The translations under genes and the position numbers were made by a program. The notes below the pieces were generated by a model that saw only the letters and a program-made list of their open reading frames with translations, made no database searches and was not told the DNA's origin. This document shows, one piece after another, positions 18,710-29,958 of a stretch of 64,000 nt of DNA (positions are counted from its first letter, which is position 1; every line of letters starts with the position of its first letter). The stretch is from positions 32,001 to 96,000 of IMG/VR virus record IMGVR_UViG_3300037086_000474, one strand, 5' to 3'. The stretch is from a virus.

Positions 18710-19011
18710 AAAGATCTCTTTACGATGATGAGACCGTTTATTGGGTAGAAGTGGAGAATAGCAAAAACATTCCATTTATTGAAAATCCAGATGGTGTTTT
18801 TCTTTATCGTGGCAAGGTTCAATACACATATGAAAGTGGGCGCTATTATGTCAATAATATGGAATTGTTGTTCTCTACAGACGATAAAAAGAGATCAAAA
18901 TATGGAAAAAGAGATGCAGATTTCCATAACCAGGACACGCTTTTTGACAATCTGCAAAAGGTGAAGAAAGAAATGATACGGATGATGTTCCAAAAACAAC
19001 ACTGGATGTAA
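18700..19011 (+). CDS. Small protein with C-terminal motif, paralog of 18365
   Basis: VYWVEVEN..PDGVFLYRG; KKEMIRMMFQK. Confidence 0.6.
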   Translation: MALKRSLYDDETVYWVEVENSKNIPFIENPDGVFLYRGKVQYTYESGRYYVNNMELLFSTDDKKRSKYGKRDADFHNQDTLFDNLQKVKKEMIRMMFQKQHWM

Positions 19012-19058
19012 GATAAAAAATCCTGGCCAACAAAGATAGTCGTAGGAGCTAATACAGA

Positions 19059-22000
19059 ATGGCTGAAAATTATCGCATAGTAGAAATAAATGGCCTAGCC
19101 ATTGATCCAATCACTCAAAAAATGCCAGTAGAAATTACTGCTGAGCCACACGCTCTTTTTGGAGTTGAACATTATGGCTTGTTAGATGACAGTCAAATTC
19201 CTAGTGGAATAATGAGAGATCTCGAACATCAGCTCGATCCTCATACTATGATAATTGATGGAAGAGATGTTTCAGTGGATGGAACAAAACTCGATACAAT
19301 TGAAACAGGCGCTGAAGTAAACAATCTCACTGATCAACAAGCTCAGAGTTTGACATCTGGAATTGATTGTAATTGGCACACCCATGACAATAGATATTTC
19401 ACTAAAGCCCAGCTTTCAACATCAGGAATGTCGATGGTTGATTGGGGAAATATCACAGATGCTCCGACAGCATTCAATCCGACTATTGCTACTACCTCCA
19501 CTCTTGGTGGAGTTATTATTGGAAGTGGTGTCAATGTTTCTTCAAATGGAACAATTAGTGTCACTCCGTATACTCTTCCCAAAGCGACACAAACAACTCT
19601 TGGTGGAGTGATTATAGGGCACGATATCAATATCGATGTCAATGGTGTCATCAGCATCGACAATTACGAACCATATATGATGGAGCCTGTTATTTCTGGA
19701 TACTTGCTCTCTTCAAGTGCCGCGGGACTTCGCCATTGGGTTCCACCCTATTCATTACCTCCGGCCACAACTTCTACACTTGGTGGAGTTGTTGTAGGAA
19801 CCAACATTGGAGTTGATGCTAATGGAACAATAAGTGTCACCAATATTCCTTGGTCAATTATTTCATCAACACCAACTTCTATTGCTGGGTACGGAATTGT
19901 TCTCACGTTTTCCAACATCACAACTGCTCTTGGTTACACTCCAATCAATGTCAATCAAATTGGCGTTGCAAATGGTCTCGCTACGCTTGATGGTTCAGGA
20001 CATTTGACCAATTCTCAAATTCCTCTATCTCTTATTGGAGCACTCGTTTATCAGGGAGTTTGGGATGCCAATACAAACACTCCACATTTAGTATCTGGAG
20101 TTGGAACAAAAGGATGGTATTATAAAGTTAGTGTGGCTGGTTCGACAAATATTGATGGAACGACTTCTTGGGATATTGGAGATTTGATTATATTTGATGG
20201 AACGACTTGGGATGCAGTTGAAGAAGTGGCACCAGCAGTTGACAGTTTCAATGGAAGAACCGGCAATGTTGTACTTTCTTCTTCAGATGTCACAACAGCT
20301 CTTACATATACTCCATACAATGTCACAAACCCTGCTGGCTATTTGACACTTTCTACACTTCCAATTGGCTCAACAACAGTTCAAGGTATTTTGGAAGTTG
20401 GTGGTGAATTAGGTGTCTCAAATGGTGTAGTGTCCTATACACTTCCACAAGCCACGACTTCTACTTTAGGTGGAGTAATTGTAGGAACAGGACTTTCTGT
20501 TTCTGCTGGAAATATCAGTATTGTTTATGCAGGAACGGGTTCCATTAATTCAGCTTCTCACAGCGATCATACTCATTCTAATGGCTCCAACATTGGTGGC
20601 CCCTATGAACTCGCTGATGGAAATCCATCAGCTGATGGTTATTTGTTTTCATCCACAATTCTTGGTTCGAGATCTTGGGTGGCTCCATATTCTTTGCCAG
20701 CGGCAACATCCTTTGCTCTAGGTGGAGTAAAGATTGGATCCAACATTGATGTTGAGAGTGATGGAACAATCAGTGTCACTTTCCCAGCTGCCTATTCTCT
20801 TCCAATTGCATCTTCTTCGGTTCTTGGAGGAATAAAGATTGGGGCAAATGTTTCAGTTGCTGGTGACGGAACCATTTCTGTTGCAATTCCATATGTTCTT
20901 CCACCTGCGACCACTTCTGTTCTTGGTGGAGTAATTGTTGGAAGCAACATTAGTGTTGATGTGAATGGTGTAATTAGTATAACTGGATACGAATTAGCAC
21001 TTGGAAATCCATCGACCAATGGCTACCTGCTCTCATCAACAACTTCTGGCACCAGATCTTGGGTTGCACCATATTCTCTTCCTGCCGCTACTTCTTCTGT
21101 TCTTGGAGGAGTAATTATTGGAAGTGGCATCAACAATAGCAGTGGAACTATTTCAGTAACTCCATATTCTCTTCCTGCCGCTACTTCTTCTGTTCTTGGA
21201 GGAGTAATTATTGGAAGTGGCATCAACAATAGCAGTGGAACTATTTCAGTAACTCCATATTCTCTTCCTGCCGCTACTACTTCTGTTCTTGGTGGAATAA
21301 TAGTAGGAACCAACATTTCAGTTTCTTCTGGAACTATATCAGTTGCTACTGCCACCACGGCAGTTCTTGGTGTTGTCAAAGTAGGAACCAACATTACTGT
21401 ATCGTCTGGAACTATATCAGTTGCTACTGCCACCACGGCAGTTCTTGGTGTTGTCAAAGTAGGAACTAATATTTCAGTAGCTTCTGGAGTTATTTCTGTT
21501 GCGACAGCTACTTCATCGGTGCTTGGACTTGTAAAGCCAGATGGAACCATTATTACCATATCCTCTGGAGCCATCACTGTTGCCACCTCTACAACAGCGG
21601 CTCTTGGTGTTGTGAAGCCAGATGGAACAACAATTACTATTGCCGCTGGAGTTATTTCGGCGACACAATACTCTTTGCCAACAGCATCTACCACAGTTCT
21701 TGGTGGAGTAAAGATTGATGGATCCACCATCACTATTTCTGGTGGAGTAATTTCTGCTCCATATACCTATACTTTGCCATCTGCAACAACCGTCACTCTT
21801 GGTGGAGTGATCATTGGAAGTGGCATCACCCTTTCAAATGATGGAACAATCTCAGTCACTCCCTACACTCTTTCACAGGCCACGTCTTCCATTTTAGGTG
21901 GAGTAATTATTGGAAGTGGTATCAATGTTTCAAATGGAACCATAAGCATTGACAACTATGAATTGGCACTTGGAGATCCAACGGCAGATGGATATTTGCT

Positions 22001-25000
22001 TTCTTCTACTACATCTGGAACGAGGTCTTGGGTTGCTCCATACTCTTATTCATTACCAGCCGCCACTACCTCTACTCTTGGAGGAGTGATTGTTGGATCC
22101 AACATTTCGGTTTCATCTGGAACGATCAGCATAACTGCAATTCCTTGGTCAATAGTTTCATCAACACCAACAACAATTTCTGGCTATGGTATTGTGATGA
22201 CTTCTTCTAATGTCACCACCGCACTCGGATATACTCCAATCAATGTCAATCAGATTGGTGTTGCCAATGGGCTTGCAACTCTTGATAGTTCAGGTCACCT
22301 TACCAATTCACAAATACCCCTTTCATTAGTTGGAGCTCTCGTTTATCAAGGTGTTTGGGATGCTTCAGCCAACTCTCCTCATCTAACTAGTGGTGTTGGA
22401 ACTAAAGGGTGGTATTATAAAGTAAGCGTGACTGGAACAACATCTATTGATGGAACATCGGCTTGGGGTGTTGGTGATCTTCTTATTTTCAATGGAACGA
22501 CTTGGGATAGTGTTGAAGAAGTTGCTGCTGAGGTCACATCATTCAACACAAGAACTGGTAATGTTGTATTAACTTCTTCTGATATTACGACGGCTCTTAC
22601 ATACACTCCATATAATGTCAGTAACCCAGCTGGATATTTGACATTGGCCACACTTCCCATTGCTTCATCTTCTACTTTTGGTATTGTAGAAATTGGAAGT
22701 GGCATTGATATCTCTGGCGGTGTAATTTCAGTCACTCCCTATTCTCTACCAACAGCATCCACCACAGTTCTTGGTGGAGTAAAGGTTGATGGTTCTACAA
22801 TCACAATTTCAAATGGGGTCATAACCGCTCCTTACACCTACACTCTTCCAATCGCTACTTCTACAATTCTAGGTGGAGTGAAGATCGGCGCCAATATCAA
22901 TATTTCAAGTGGCACCATAAGCATTGCTAATTATGAATTGGCTCTTGGAATTCCATCCACAAATGGATACTTGCTTTCTTCCACAACCTCTGGAACGAGA
23001 TCTTGGACTGTTCCATATTCTTTGCCAGTGGCAACATCCTCTGTTCTTGGTGGAGTGATCATTGGAAGCGGTATTAATCTAAACAGTGGAACAATTAGTG
23101 TCACACCATATTCGCTCCCAACTGCATCCACCACTGTTCTGGGTGGAGTAAAGATTGATGGATCTACCATCACAATCTCTAGTGGTGTAATTTCTGCTCC
23201 ATATATATACACTCTTCCACAGGCCACCACGTCAGTTCTTGGTGGAATTATCATCGGAAGTGGCATTAATGTTTCAAGTGGAACAATCAGCGTTACTCCA
23301 TATACTCTTCCAGTTGCCACTTCTTCAATTCTTGGAGGAGTAAAAATTGGAAGCAATATTGCTGTTGGTGGAGATGGAACTATCAGCATCGCCAACTATG
23401 AGTTAGTACTTGGAAATCCATCTACAAATGGATACATTCTTTCATCAACCGCTTCTGGAACAAGATCTTGGATTGCCCCATATTCTTTGCCAACTGCATC
23501 GACTACAGTATTGGGTGGTGTCAAAATTGATGGAACATCTGTAGTTATTTCTAGCGGAATCATCTCTGCTACTTACACATACACTCTTCCTGTGGCTACT
23601 TCTTCAACCCTTGGAGGAGTTGTTGTTGGATCAGGACTTAGCGTAAATGCTGGAACAATTTCAGTCAATTTCCCAACTCCATATTCTCTTTCAATTGCAA
23701 CCTCCTCAACATTGGGTGGAGTGAAGATTGGATCTAACATCAATATTGCTGGCGATGGAACTATTTCAATAACTCCATATAGTCTTCCAATTGCAACTTC
23801 TTCTGTTCTTGGAGGAGTAAAGATTGGAAACAATATCACTGTTGGTGGTGATGGAACTATATCTGTAGCAGCACCATATTCTCTACCAGCAGCAACAACG
23901 TCTGCACTTGGTGGAATTATTATAGGAAGCGGTCTTGGTGTGACTAGTGGAGGAACTCTATCAGTTAATTTTCCAGCATCTTATATTCTTCCAGTCGCTA
24001 CAGCTTCTGTTTTGGGTGGAGTAAAAATTGGAGCTAATGTTAGTGTGACTGGAGACGGAACCATTTCAGTAGCCACTCCATATTCACTACCAACCGCTTC
24101 AACCACCATATTAGGTGGTGTAAAAATTGATGGAACAACTGTTACAATTTCATCTGGAATTATTTCAGCTCCCTACACATATACTCTTCCACAGGCAACT
24201 ACTTCTACACTTGGTGGAGTGATAGTTGGGACAGGATTTTCTGTTTCCTTTGGAAACATTTCAGTGGTATATGCTGGAACTGGTTCAGCTAATTTTGCTG
24301 CTCATAGCGATCACAATCACACTGGAATTTATGAACCAGTGCTTGGAAATCCAGGAACGAATGGATATATTCTTTCTTCTACAACTAGTGGAACAAGATC
24401 TTGGATTGTACCATATTCACTTCCTGCTGCCACAACATCTACGCTTGGTGGAGTGATCGTTGGAACGAACATCTCCGTATCAGCTGGAACTATCAGTATC
24501 ACTGCAATTCCTTGGTCCATAATAACATCAACTCCAACCACAATTTCCGGTTATGGAATAGTTCTTACTTCATCAAACATTACCACTGCCCTTGGATATA
24601 CTCCAATCAACTCCAACTTAATCGGAGCCGTTAATGGACTTGCCACCCTTGACGTAACAGGCCACTTGACGACGGCACAAATACCAACTTCTCTTCTTGG
24701 TGGTTTGAATTATCAGGGAATTTGGAATGCTTCTACAAACTCCCCTGCTTTGGCCTCTGGTGTTGGAACTAAAGGGTGGTATTATAAAGTAAGCGTGGCT
24801 GGAACAACCTCCATTGATGGAATTTCTGCTTGGGAGCTTGGTGACTTAATCATATTTGACGGCACTACTTGGGATAGAGTTGAAGGTGGAGTGACAGATG
24901 TCACATCTGTTTTTGGCAGAACTGGTGCAGTCACTTTAATATCTTCAGATGTCACTACCGCTCTTGGGTATACTCCTTACAATGTCACCAACCCTGCTGG

Positions 25001-26726
25001 TTACATCACTGCCTCAACAGTTCCAATTGCAACAGCGTCAGTGCTTGGTGGAGTAAAGATTGGAGCCAATGTAAGTGTTGCAGGAGATGGGACAATCTCT
25101 GTTGCAACACCATATTCTTTGCCAACTGCTTCAACAACCGTATTGGGTGGTGTAAAAGTTGATGGAGCAACCATTACAATTTCATCTGGAGTGATTAGTG
25201 CTCCATATACATATACACTTCCTACCGCCACAACATCTACACTTGGTGGAGTGATTGTGGGCAGTGGCATCAATTTAGCGTCAGGAACTATATCAGTCAC
25301 TCCATATTCTTTGCCAACTGCTTCAACAACCGTATTGGGTGGTGTAAAAGTTGATGGAGCAACCATTACAATTTCATCTGGAGTGATAAGTGCTGCTACT
25401 TATGTTGATGCTCTCGCTACCACTTCTACTGCTGGTGATGTAATAATTGGTACGGGACTTTCTGTTTCTTCAGGAACTATTTCAGTAATTTATGCCGGAA
25501 CTGGATCAGCCAATTCCGCTGCTCATAGTGACCATACTCATATCAATTCTTCTTCAATTGGTGGTCCATATGAACTTACACTCGGAAATCCTGGAAGCAA
25601 TGGTTATGTTCTTTCTTCTACTACTTCTGGAACTAGATCTTGGGTTGCTCAAAGTTCTTACACACTTCCACAGGCCACAGCATCAGTTCTTGGTGGAGTA
25701 ATTGTAGGATCCAACATTAGTGTTGCTAATGGTGTAATTAGCATTGCCAACTATGAACCAGCACTTGGAAATCCGGCAGGAAATGGTTATGTTCTTTCTT
25801 CTACGACCGGTGGAGTGAGATCTTGGGTGAGCGTTGCCACCACATTACAAGGTGCCTATAATGGTGGCCAAACGGTCAATGTAAGCGGAAGTAACGTGGT
25901 ATGGCAATTACCAGTCAGTAAGGGATTTGTTATTCAAGATAGCACCGGTGCCAATACCATGTTCTCAATTTATGGTAATAATACTTCTGGTTCTTTTGGG
26001 CTTGCAGGAAATCAATACAGCTCAATTCAGGTTAGTGATGTCCAGCTAGACATCTATTCAAATGGAACAGGAAGCTCCATCACAATTCGTTCTGCAGGGA
26101 CATTGACATTTGATGATAAGTTTACATCGAGTGCCATTTCACTAAGTGAAACTGGTGTAACTGGTTTGGCAGCTTCATTCTCTGGTCACGCAACCTCCAT
26201 TATTGGCGCTATCAATTATATGCAGACGGAGGTCATGAGTGGTGGTGTTCAAAATGGTGTTCTCCAACTCACTAATCAGAGTTCCGCTCCAACTGGTGCC
26301 GCTGGCCAGATAGCAATGATTAATAGCGATCTTTATTTTTATGACGCTACAAGAGGAAAGTGGCTTACTCCATCTAAGACAGCTCAGTGTGCTAAGAATG
26401 GAAACTCAAAGGGTTATTATCTCAGATGGCCTGATGGTGCTCCTGGATCTGGAACATCTGGTCTTACTTTCCACAGAATTGGTACAATTGTTGGAGCCGC
26501 CATCAACACTACTACAACCGGAACTCCTGCAGTTGGAATGCACGCGTTCATAACACTCAATGGTTCTAATGTGGCTACCCTCACATTTGACAGCACGGGA
26601 GATGCCCTAAATACAACGTTCAATGTAGATTTCAATCTTCACGATGTTCTAGGAGTGAAAATGGACAATGGCACAACTGATTTACAGAACCCAATTGCCA
26701 GCATAGAGTATAGTTTTCGTCCGTAA
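19059..26726 (+). CDS. Giant repetitive fibre protein (2555 aa)
   Basis: Dozens of YxLPxATTSxLGGVxxG repeats, three YQGVWDA..GWYYKVS modules, HSDHTH motifs, C-terminal YDATRGKWLT domain. Confidence 0.75.
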   Translation: MAENYRIVEINGLAIDPITQKMPVEITAEPHALFGVEHYGLLDDSQIPSGIMRDLEHQLDPHTMIIDGRDVSVDGTKLDTIETGAEVNNLTDQQAQSLTSGIDCNWHTHDNRYFTKAQLSTSGMSMVDWGNITDAPTAFNPTIATTSTLGGVIIGSGVNVSSNGTISVTPYTLPKATQTTLGGVIIGHDINIDVNGVISIDNYEPYMMEPVISGYLLSSSAAGLRHWVPPYSLPPATTSTLGGVVVGTNIGVDANGTISVTNIPWSIISSTPTSIAGYGIVLTFSNITTALGYTPINVNQIGVANGLATLDGSGHLTNSQIPLSLIGALVYQGVWDANTNTPHLVSGVGTKGWYYKVSVAGSTNIDGTTSWDIGDLIIFDGTTWDAVEEVAPAVDSFNGRTGNVVLSSSDVTTALTYTPYNVTNPAGYLTLSTLPIGSTTVQGILEVGGELGVSNGVVSYTLPQATTSTLGGVIVGTGLSVSAGNISIVYAGTGSINSASHSDHTHSNGSNIGGPYELADGNPSADGYLFSSTILGSRSWVAPYSLPAATSFALGGVKIGSNIDVESDGTISVTFPAAYSLPIASSSVLGGIKIGANVSVAGDGTISVAIPYVLPPATTSVLGGVIVGSNISVDVNGVISITGYELALGNPSTNGYLLSSTTSGTRSWVAPYSLPAATSSVLGGVIIGSGINNSSGTISVTPYSLPAATSSVLGGVIIGSGINNSSGTISVTPYSLPAATTSVLGGIIVGTNISVSSGTISVATATTAVLGVVKVGTNITVSSGTISVATATTAVLGVVKVGTNISVASGVISVATATSSVLGLVKPDGTIITISSGAITVATSTTAALGVVKPDGTTITIAAGVISATQYSLPTASTTVLGGVKIDGSTITISGGVISAPYTYTLPSATTVTLGGVIIGSGITLSNDGTISVTPYTLSQATSSILGGVIIGSGINVSNGTISIDNYELALGDPTADGYLLSSTTSGTRSWVAPYSYSLPAATTSTLGGVIVGSNISVSSGTISITAIPWSIVSSTPTTISGYGIVMTSSNVTTALGYTPINVNQIGVANGLATLDSSGHLTNSQIPLSLVGALVYQGVWDASANSPHLTSGVGTKGWYYKVSVTGTTSIDGTSAWGVGDLLIFNGTTWDSVEEVAAEVTSFNTRTGNVVLTSSDITTALTYTPYNVSNPAGYLTLATLPIASSSTFGIVEIGSGIDISGGVISVTPYSLPTASTTVLGGVKVDGSTITISNGVITAPYTYTLPIATSTILGGVKIGANINISSGTISIANYELALGIPSTNGYLLSSTTSGTRSWTVPYSLPVATSSVLGGVIIGSGINLNSGTISVTPYSLPTASTTVLGGVKIDGSTITISSGVISAPYIYTLPQATTSVLGGIIIGSGINVSSGTISVTPYTLPVATSSILGGVKIGSNIAVGGDGTISIANYELVLGNPSTNGYILSSTASGTRSWIAPYSLPTASTTVLGGVKIDGTSVVISSGIISATYTYTLPVATSSTLGGVVVGSGLSVNAGTISVNFPTPYSLSIATSSTLGGVKIGSNINIAGDGTISITPYSLPIATSSVLGGVKIGNNITVGGDGTISVAAPYSLPAATTSALGGIIIGSGLGVTSGGTLSVNFPASYILPVATASVLGGVKIGANVSVTGDGTISVATPYSLPTASTTILGGVKIDGTTVTISSGIISAPYTYTLPQATTSTLGGVIVGTGFSVSFGNISVVYAGTGSANFAAHSDHNHTGIYEPVLGNPGTNGYILSSTTSGTRSWIVPYSLPAATTSTLGGVIVGTNISVSAGTISITAIPWSIITSTPTTISGYGIVLTSSNITTALGYTPINSNLIGAVNGLATLDVTGHLTTAQIPTSLLGGLNYQGIWNASTNSPALASGVGTKGWYYKVSVAGTTSIDGISAWELGDLIIFDGTTWDRVEGGVTDVTSVFGRTGAVTLISSDVTTALGYTPYNVTNPAGYITASTVPIATASVLGGVKIGANVSVAGDGTISVATPYSLPTASTTVLGGVKVDGATITISSGVISAPYTYTLPTATTSTLGGVIVGSGINLASGTISVTPYSLPTASTTVLGGVKVDGATITISSGVISAATYVDALATTSTAGDVIIGTGLSVSSGTISVIYAGTGSANSAAHSDHTHINSSSIGGPYELTLGNPGSNGYVLSSTTSGTRSWVAQSSYTLPQATASVLGGVIVGSNISVANGVISIANYEPALGNPAGNGYVLSSTTGGVRSWVSVATTLQGAYNGGQTVNVSGSNVVWQLPVSKGFVIQDSTGANTMFSIYGNNTSGSFGLAGNQYSSIQVSDVQLDIYSNGTGSSITIRSAGTLTFDDKFTSSAISLSETGVTGLAASFSGHATSIIGAINYMQTEVMSGGVQNGVLQLTNQSSAPTGAAGQIAMINSDLYFYDATRGKWLTPSKTAQCAKNGNSKGYYLRWPDGAPGSGTSGLTFHRIGTIVGAAINTTTTGTPAVGMHAFITLNGSNVATLTFDSTGDALNTTFNVDFNLHDVLGVKMDNGTTDLQNPIASIEYSFRP
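21069..21290 (+). repeat. Near-exact 93-nt tandem repeat (about 2.4 copies) inside the fibre gene
   Basis: Unit ccatattctcttcctgccgctact...atttcagtaact starts at 21069, 21162 and 21255. Confidence 0.85.
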
Positions 26727-26742
26727 TTTTTAGGGAGTAAAT

Positions 26743-28854
26743 ATGCTTACGACTTTTCAGATCAAAAATACGAGTGGCTCATCAATCTTTATAAGCGAAC
26801 TTAGTCTCACCATTCCTGCAAGTAGTTATGCAACCGTAACTAACGAGGATGTTTGGGAAGCGAACGCCTCTGGTGATTTGAGAGGTTTCATCAATGCTGG
26901 TACCACAATCATCAACAATGGTTCAGATCTAAATCAAGCCGACAGCCTTTCCTTCCTTGATGACACTCTTTATCTCAAAACCATTTTTTCTGTTTTAGGT
27001 CACACCCACCCTGGAACGTATGAACCAGTACTTGGAAATCCAGCAAGCAGTGGCTATGTTCTTTCTTCAACTACTGCCGGAGTAAGATCTTGGGTGTCAA
27101 ATATGAGTTACACCCTTCCAGCAGCTACGACTTCTACTCTTGGTGGAGTGATCATTGGAACTAATATTTCAGTTTCTGCCGGAACGATTTCGATCGCTTC
27201 TATTCCTTGGTCAATTGTTGCCTCTACTCCAACCACAATCTCTGGTTATGGAATAGTTCTTACTTCTTCCAACATTACTACTGCTCTTGGGTATACTCCA
27301 ATCAACTCCAACCTCGTTGGAGCAGCTAGTGGTCTTGCTACTTTAGATGGAACAGGAAAACTCACGACTGCACAAATACCCGCGTCTCTTGTTGGAGCCC
27401 TAGTTTATCAAGGAACCTGGAATGCTTCTACAAATACTCCCACCTTAACTTCTGGAGTTGGAACAAAGGGGTGGTATTACAAGGTTTCTGTTGCAGGAAC
27501 TACTAGTCTTGATGGTTTTGCCAATTGGGGAGTAGGAGATCTTGTTATTTTTGATGGAACAACTTGGGATGGTGTAGAAGACACAGAAAATGTAGTTACG
27601 TCATTCAACACAAGATATGGTGCCGTCACGCTCACATCTTCAGATGTAACAACGGCCCTAACCTACACTCCCTACAATTCAACAAATCCAGCGGGGTATA
27701 TAACGGCAGCCACCTTACCAACAGCATCAACCACTGTTCTTGGTGGAGTAAAGATTGATGGTACTACAATAATAATTTCTAGTGGAGTGATTAGTCACCC
27801 ACTTGCTGGAACCGGAACTACCAACTCTTCTGCACATAGTGACCACACTCATACAAATGCAAGTGGAATTGGTGGCCCATATGAATTAGCTCTTGGAAAC
27901 CCAGGAACAAGTGGATATATTTTGTCTTCGACAACTACTGGAATTAGATCTTGGGTTGCCTCCGCCTATACGCTTCCAGCAGCTACAATTTCTACTCTCG
28001 GTGGAATTATTGTAGGAACAGGTCTGGGAGTATCCACTGGAACAATTAGCGTTTCATATGCTGGAACTGGAACTGCTACCTCGGCAGCCCACTCCGACCA
28101 TACACACTCTGGAACATATGAACCCGTACTCGGAAATCCTGGAACGAATGGATATGTTGTTTCTTCGACAACTGCTGGTGTTAGATCTTGGATCGCTCCA
28201 AGTTCCTATACTCTTCCGACGGCCTCTACTACAGTGCTTGGAGGAGTGAAGGTTGATGGAACTTCAATCACAATTACTAATGGCGTTATTTCAACGAAAA
28301 ACTTTTCGCTCAACGACATATACAATAATGGAACCACAATCACCACTGGAGCAGGTGCTTTTAATTTAGACTCGGCCAACGGATATGCCCCTCTACAAAT
28401 TGGTCCTGAGACGTCTGCACCAACTGCTGGACTTGCAGCGGGACAAATTTGTACTTATGATAACACACTTTTTATGTATGATGCAGTTAGAGGCCATTGG
28501 CTTTCTGTTGATAGCGTGGCCTTTTCGGCAGCTATAGTTGGTTCGAGTGTTAAGAACTCTTATATGCTCGTTCACGGAGACAGTTGTTCAGCAACAGTAG
28601 GGTATGTAATGCCATTTAATGGAACAATTGTTATGATGGGAGCAGTTTCATCTTCAGCAACTAGCAATAGTTTTGCGATCTATAGGAGTGGGGCATCTTT
28701 GGTGAGTTTGGCGTGGAGTGGAGTTGCCTCGGTCTATTCAAACACGACTAATGCAGATTTTTCTGCTGGTGACATACTCTCACCCTATATTAGTGGCACA
28801 TCCAACTATTGTACAAATCCAGTCTGTTGGTTCAGCGTCAGAAGGAGAATATAA
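26743..28854 (+). CDS. Shorter fibre protein built from the same modules
   Basis: N-terminal KNTSG..SELSLTIP domain, one GWYYKVS module, C-terminal YDAVRGHWLS domain. Confidence 0.7.
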   Translation: MLTTFQIKNTSGSSIFISELSLTIPASSYATVTNEDVWEANASGDLRGFINAGTTIINNGSDLNQADSLSFLDDTLYLKTIFSVLGHTHPGTYEPVLGNPASSGYVLSSTTAGVRSWVSNMSYTLPAATTSTLGGVIIGTNISVSAGTISIASIPWSIVASTPTTISGYGIVLTSSNITTALGYTPINSNLVGAASGLATLDGTGKLTTAQIPASLVGALVYQGTWNASTNTPTLTSGVGTKGWYYKVSVAGTTSLDGFANWGVGDLVIFDGTTWDGVEDTENVVTSFNTRYGAVTLTSSDVTTALTYTPYNSTNPAGYITAATLPTASTTVLGGVKIDGTTIIISSGVISHPLAGTGTTNSSAHSDHTHTNASGIGGPYELALGNPGTSGYILSSTTTGIRSWVASAYTLPAATISTLGGIIVGTGLGVSTGTISVSYAGTGTATSAAHSDHTHSGTYEPVLGNPGTNGYVVSSTTAGVRSWIAPSSYTLPTASTTVLGGVKVDGTSITITNGVISTKNFSLNDIYNNGTTITTGAGAFNLDSANGYAPLQIGPETSAPTAGLAAGQICTYDNTLFMYDAVRGHWLSVDSVAFSAAIVGSSVKNSYMLVHGDSCSATVGYVMPFNGTIVMMGAVSSSATSNSFAIYRSGASLVSLAWSGVASVYSNTTNADFSAGDILSPYISGTSNYCTNPVCWFSVRRRI

Positions 28855-28856
28855 AA

Positions 28857-29714
28857 ATGGCTCAACGAATTATCAAAAACTATACTAATCAAGATTTAAT
28901 TTTAATCGATTTAGGAGACGTTGTCATTCCCGCTAATGGAGCCACAGATATCGGTGGTGAAGAAAATAAACTCATTCAGCTCGCCTCTTCAAACGATTTG
29001 ATTGCTGCGATTGGTCAAGGTATCAATAAATATCAAGTAAACGATGGAATGAAAGACATGTCTTTTTCTGAGGGTATTGATTGTATTAGAAAGATACAAG
29101 TTCCCACACTGAGAGACCCTCAAGGAAGATGGCGAGTTAGAGCAGACTCAATTCCTACAAACTATGACGTTCAATTTACTGGTTCTGGCGATAATTTAAC
29201 AACTCGAGAAATTTGTGGAGGAGAGCCACTATACTGGAATTTTCACGGGGATGAACATGAGGTCACCGAAGGCGTACCAAGTGGATATCGAAGAAAAAGA
29301 ATAGATTTTCAATTTATAGATGGTGTATATGTCAAAGACGGAATTATCAAATACGTCGGCGCACCCCCCTCGTCATACATAGATATGATGTTGGTTTGTC
29401 CCACGGGCTATTATTACGATAAAAAATGGGTTGATGACGGTGGCAACATATCTTGGACTTATCATGAGGCAACCGAAGATACTGTTTTCGCTTGTTGGGT
29501 GAATAAGTTTTGGATATACGGCGACGACGATTGTACTTTGGGAACAGAAACTGCTTCTGATATACTTGCTCCAGAGTATTTGATCTGGAGAATAGAAATC
29601 ACGGCGCCCGCGGATATGCCTGATACTGTTCCATTTCACGACATCACAGGATTGCACGGTACATGTATTTTTCAACTTTATCGAGCGAGAACAATCGCTT
29701 GGCCCGCGGAGTAG
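28857..29714 (+). CDS. Virion protein with 'IDLGDVVIP' N-terminal domain
   Basis: RBS aaggag before MAQRIIKN; N-terminus related to 12502/15383/26743. Confidence 0.6.
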   Translation: MAQRIIKNYTNQDLILIDLGDVVIPANGATDIGGEENKLIQLASSNDLIAAIGQGINKYQVNDGMKDMSFSEGIDCIRKIQVPTLRDPQGRWRVRADSIPTNYDVQFTGSGDNLTTREICGGEPLYWNFHGDEHEVTEGVPSGYRRKRIDFQFIDGVYVKDGIIKYVGAPPSSYIDMMLVCPTGYYYDKKWVDDGGNISWTYHEATEDTVFACWVNKFWIYGDDDCTLGTETASDILAPEYLIWRIEITAPADMPDTVPFHDITGLHGTCIFQLYRARTIAWPAE

Positions 29715-29741
29715 GTTTTATCAAACTATAGGAGTAAAAAA

Positions 29742-29927
29742 ATGATTGAAGGATTTTATTTTTTTGATTGGAAAGACTTAACCGAAGAACAGACAGCAGA
29801 CATCATTGAATTTATGACTTCTGGAGGAAAACAAAGGCTTCAGTCTGATAGAAAGTTTATCAATATGCAGAAGATGAGTAACTTCTTGAGAAGAAATCCT
29901 GATCTATCACAATACTTTGTAGGATGA
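29742..29927 (+). CDS. Hypothetical protein
   Basis: RBS aggag. Confidence 0.5.
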   Translation: MIEGFYFFDWKDLTEEQTADIIEFMTSGGKQRLQSDRKFINMQKMSNFLRRNPDLSQYFVG

Positions 29928-29958
29928 CAAGTAAAGATAATCTAGTAAGGAGTTCAAT

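Noticed and set aside
21069-21480. CRISPR-like or DGR-like repeats in the fibre gene
   Set aside because: Repeats are in-frame coding units without unique spacers; no cas or reverse transcriptase gene in the window and no adenine-specific variation seen.
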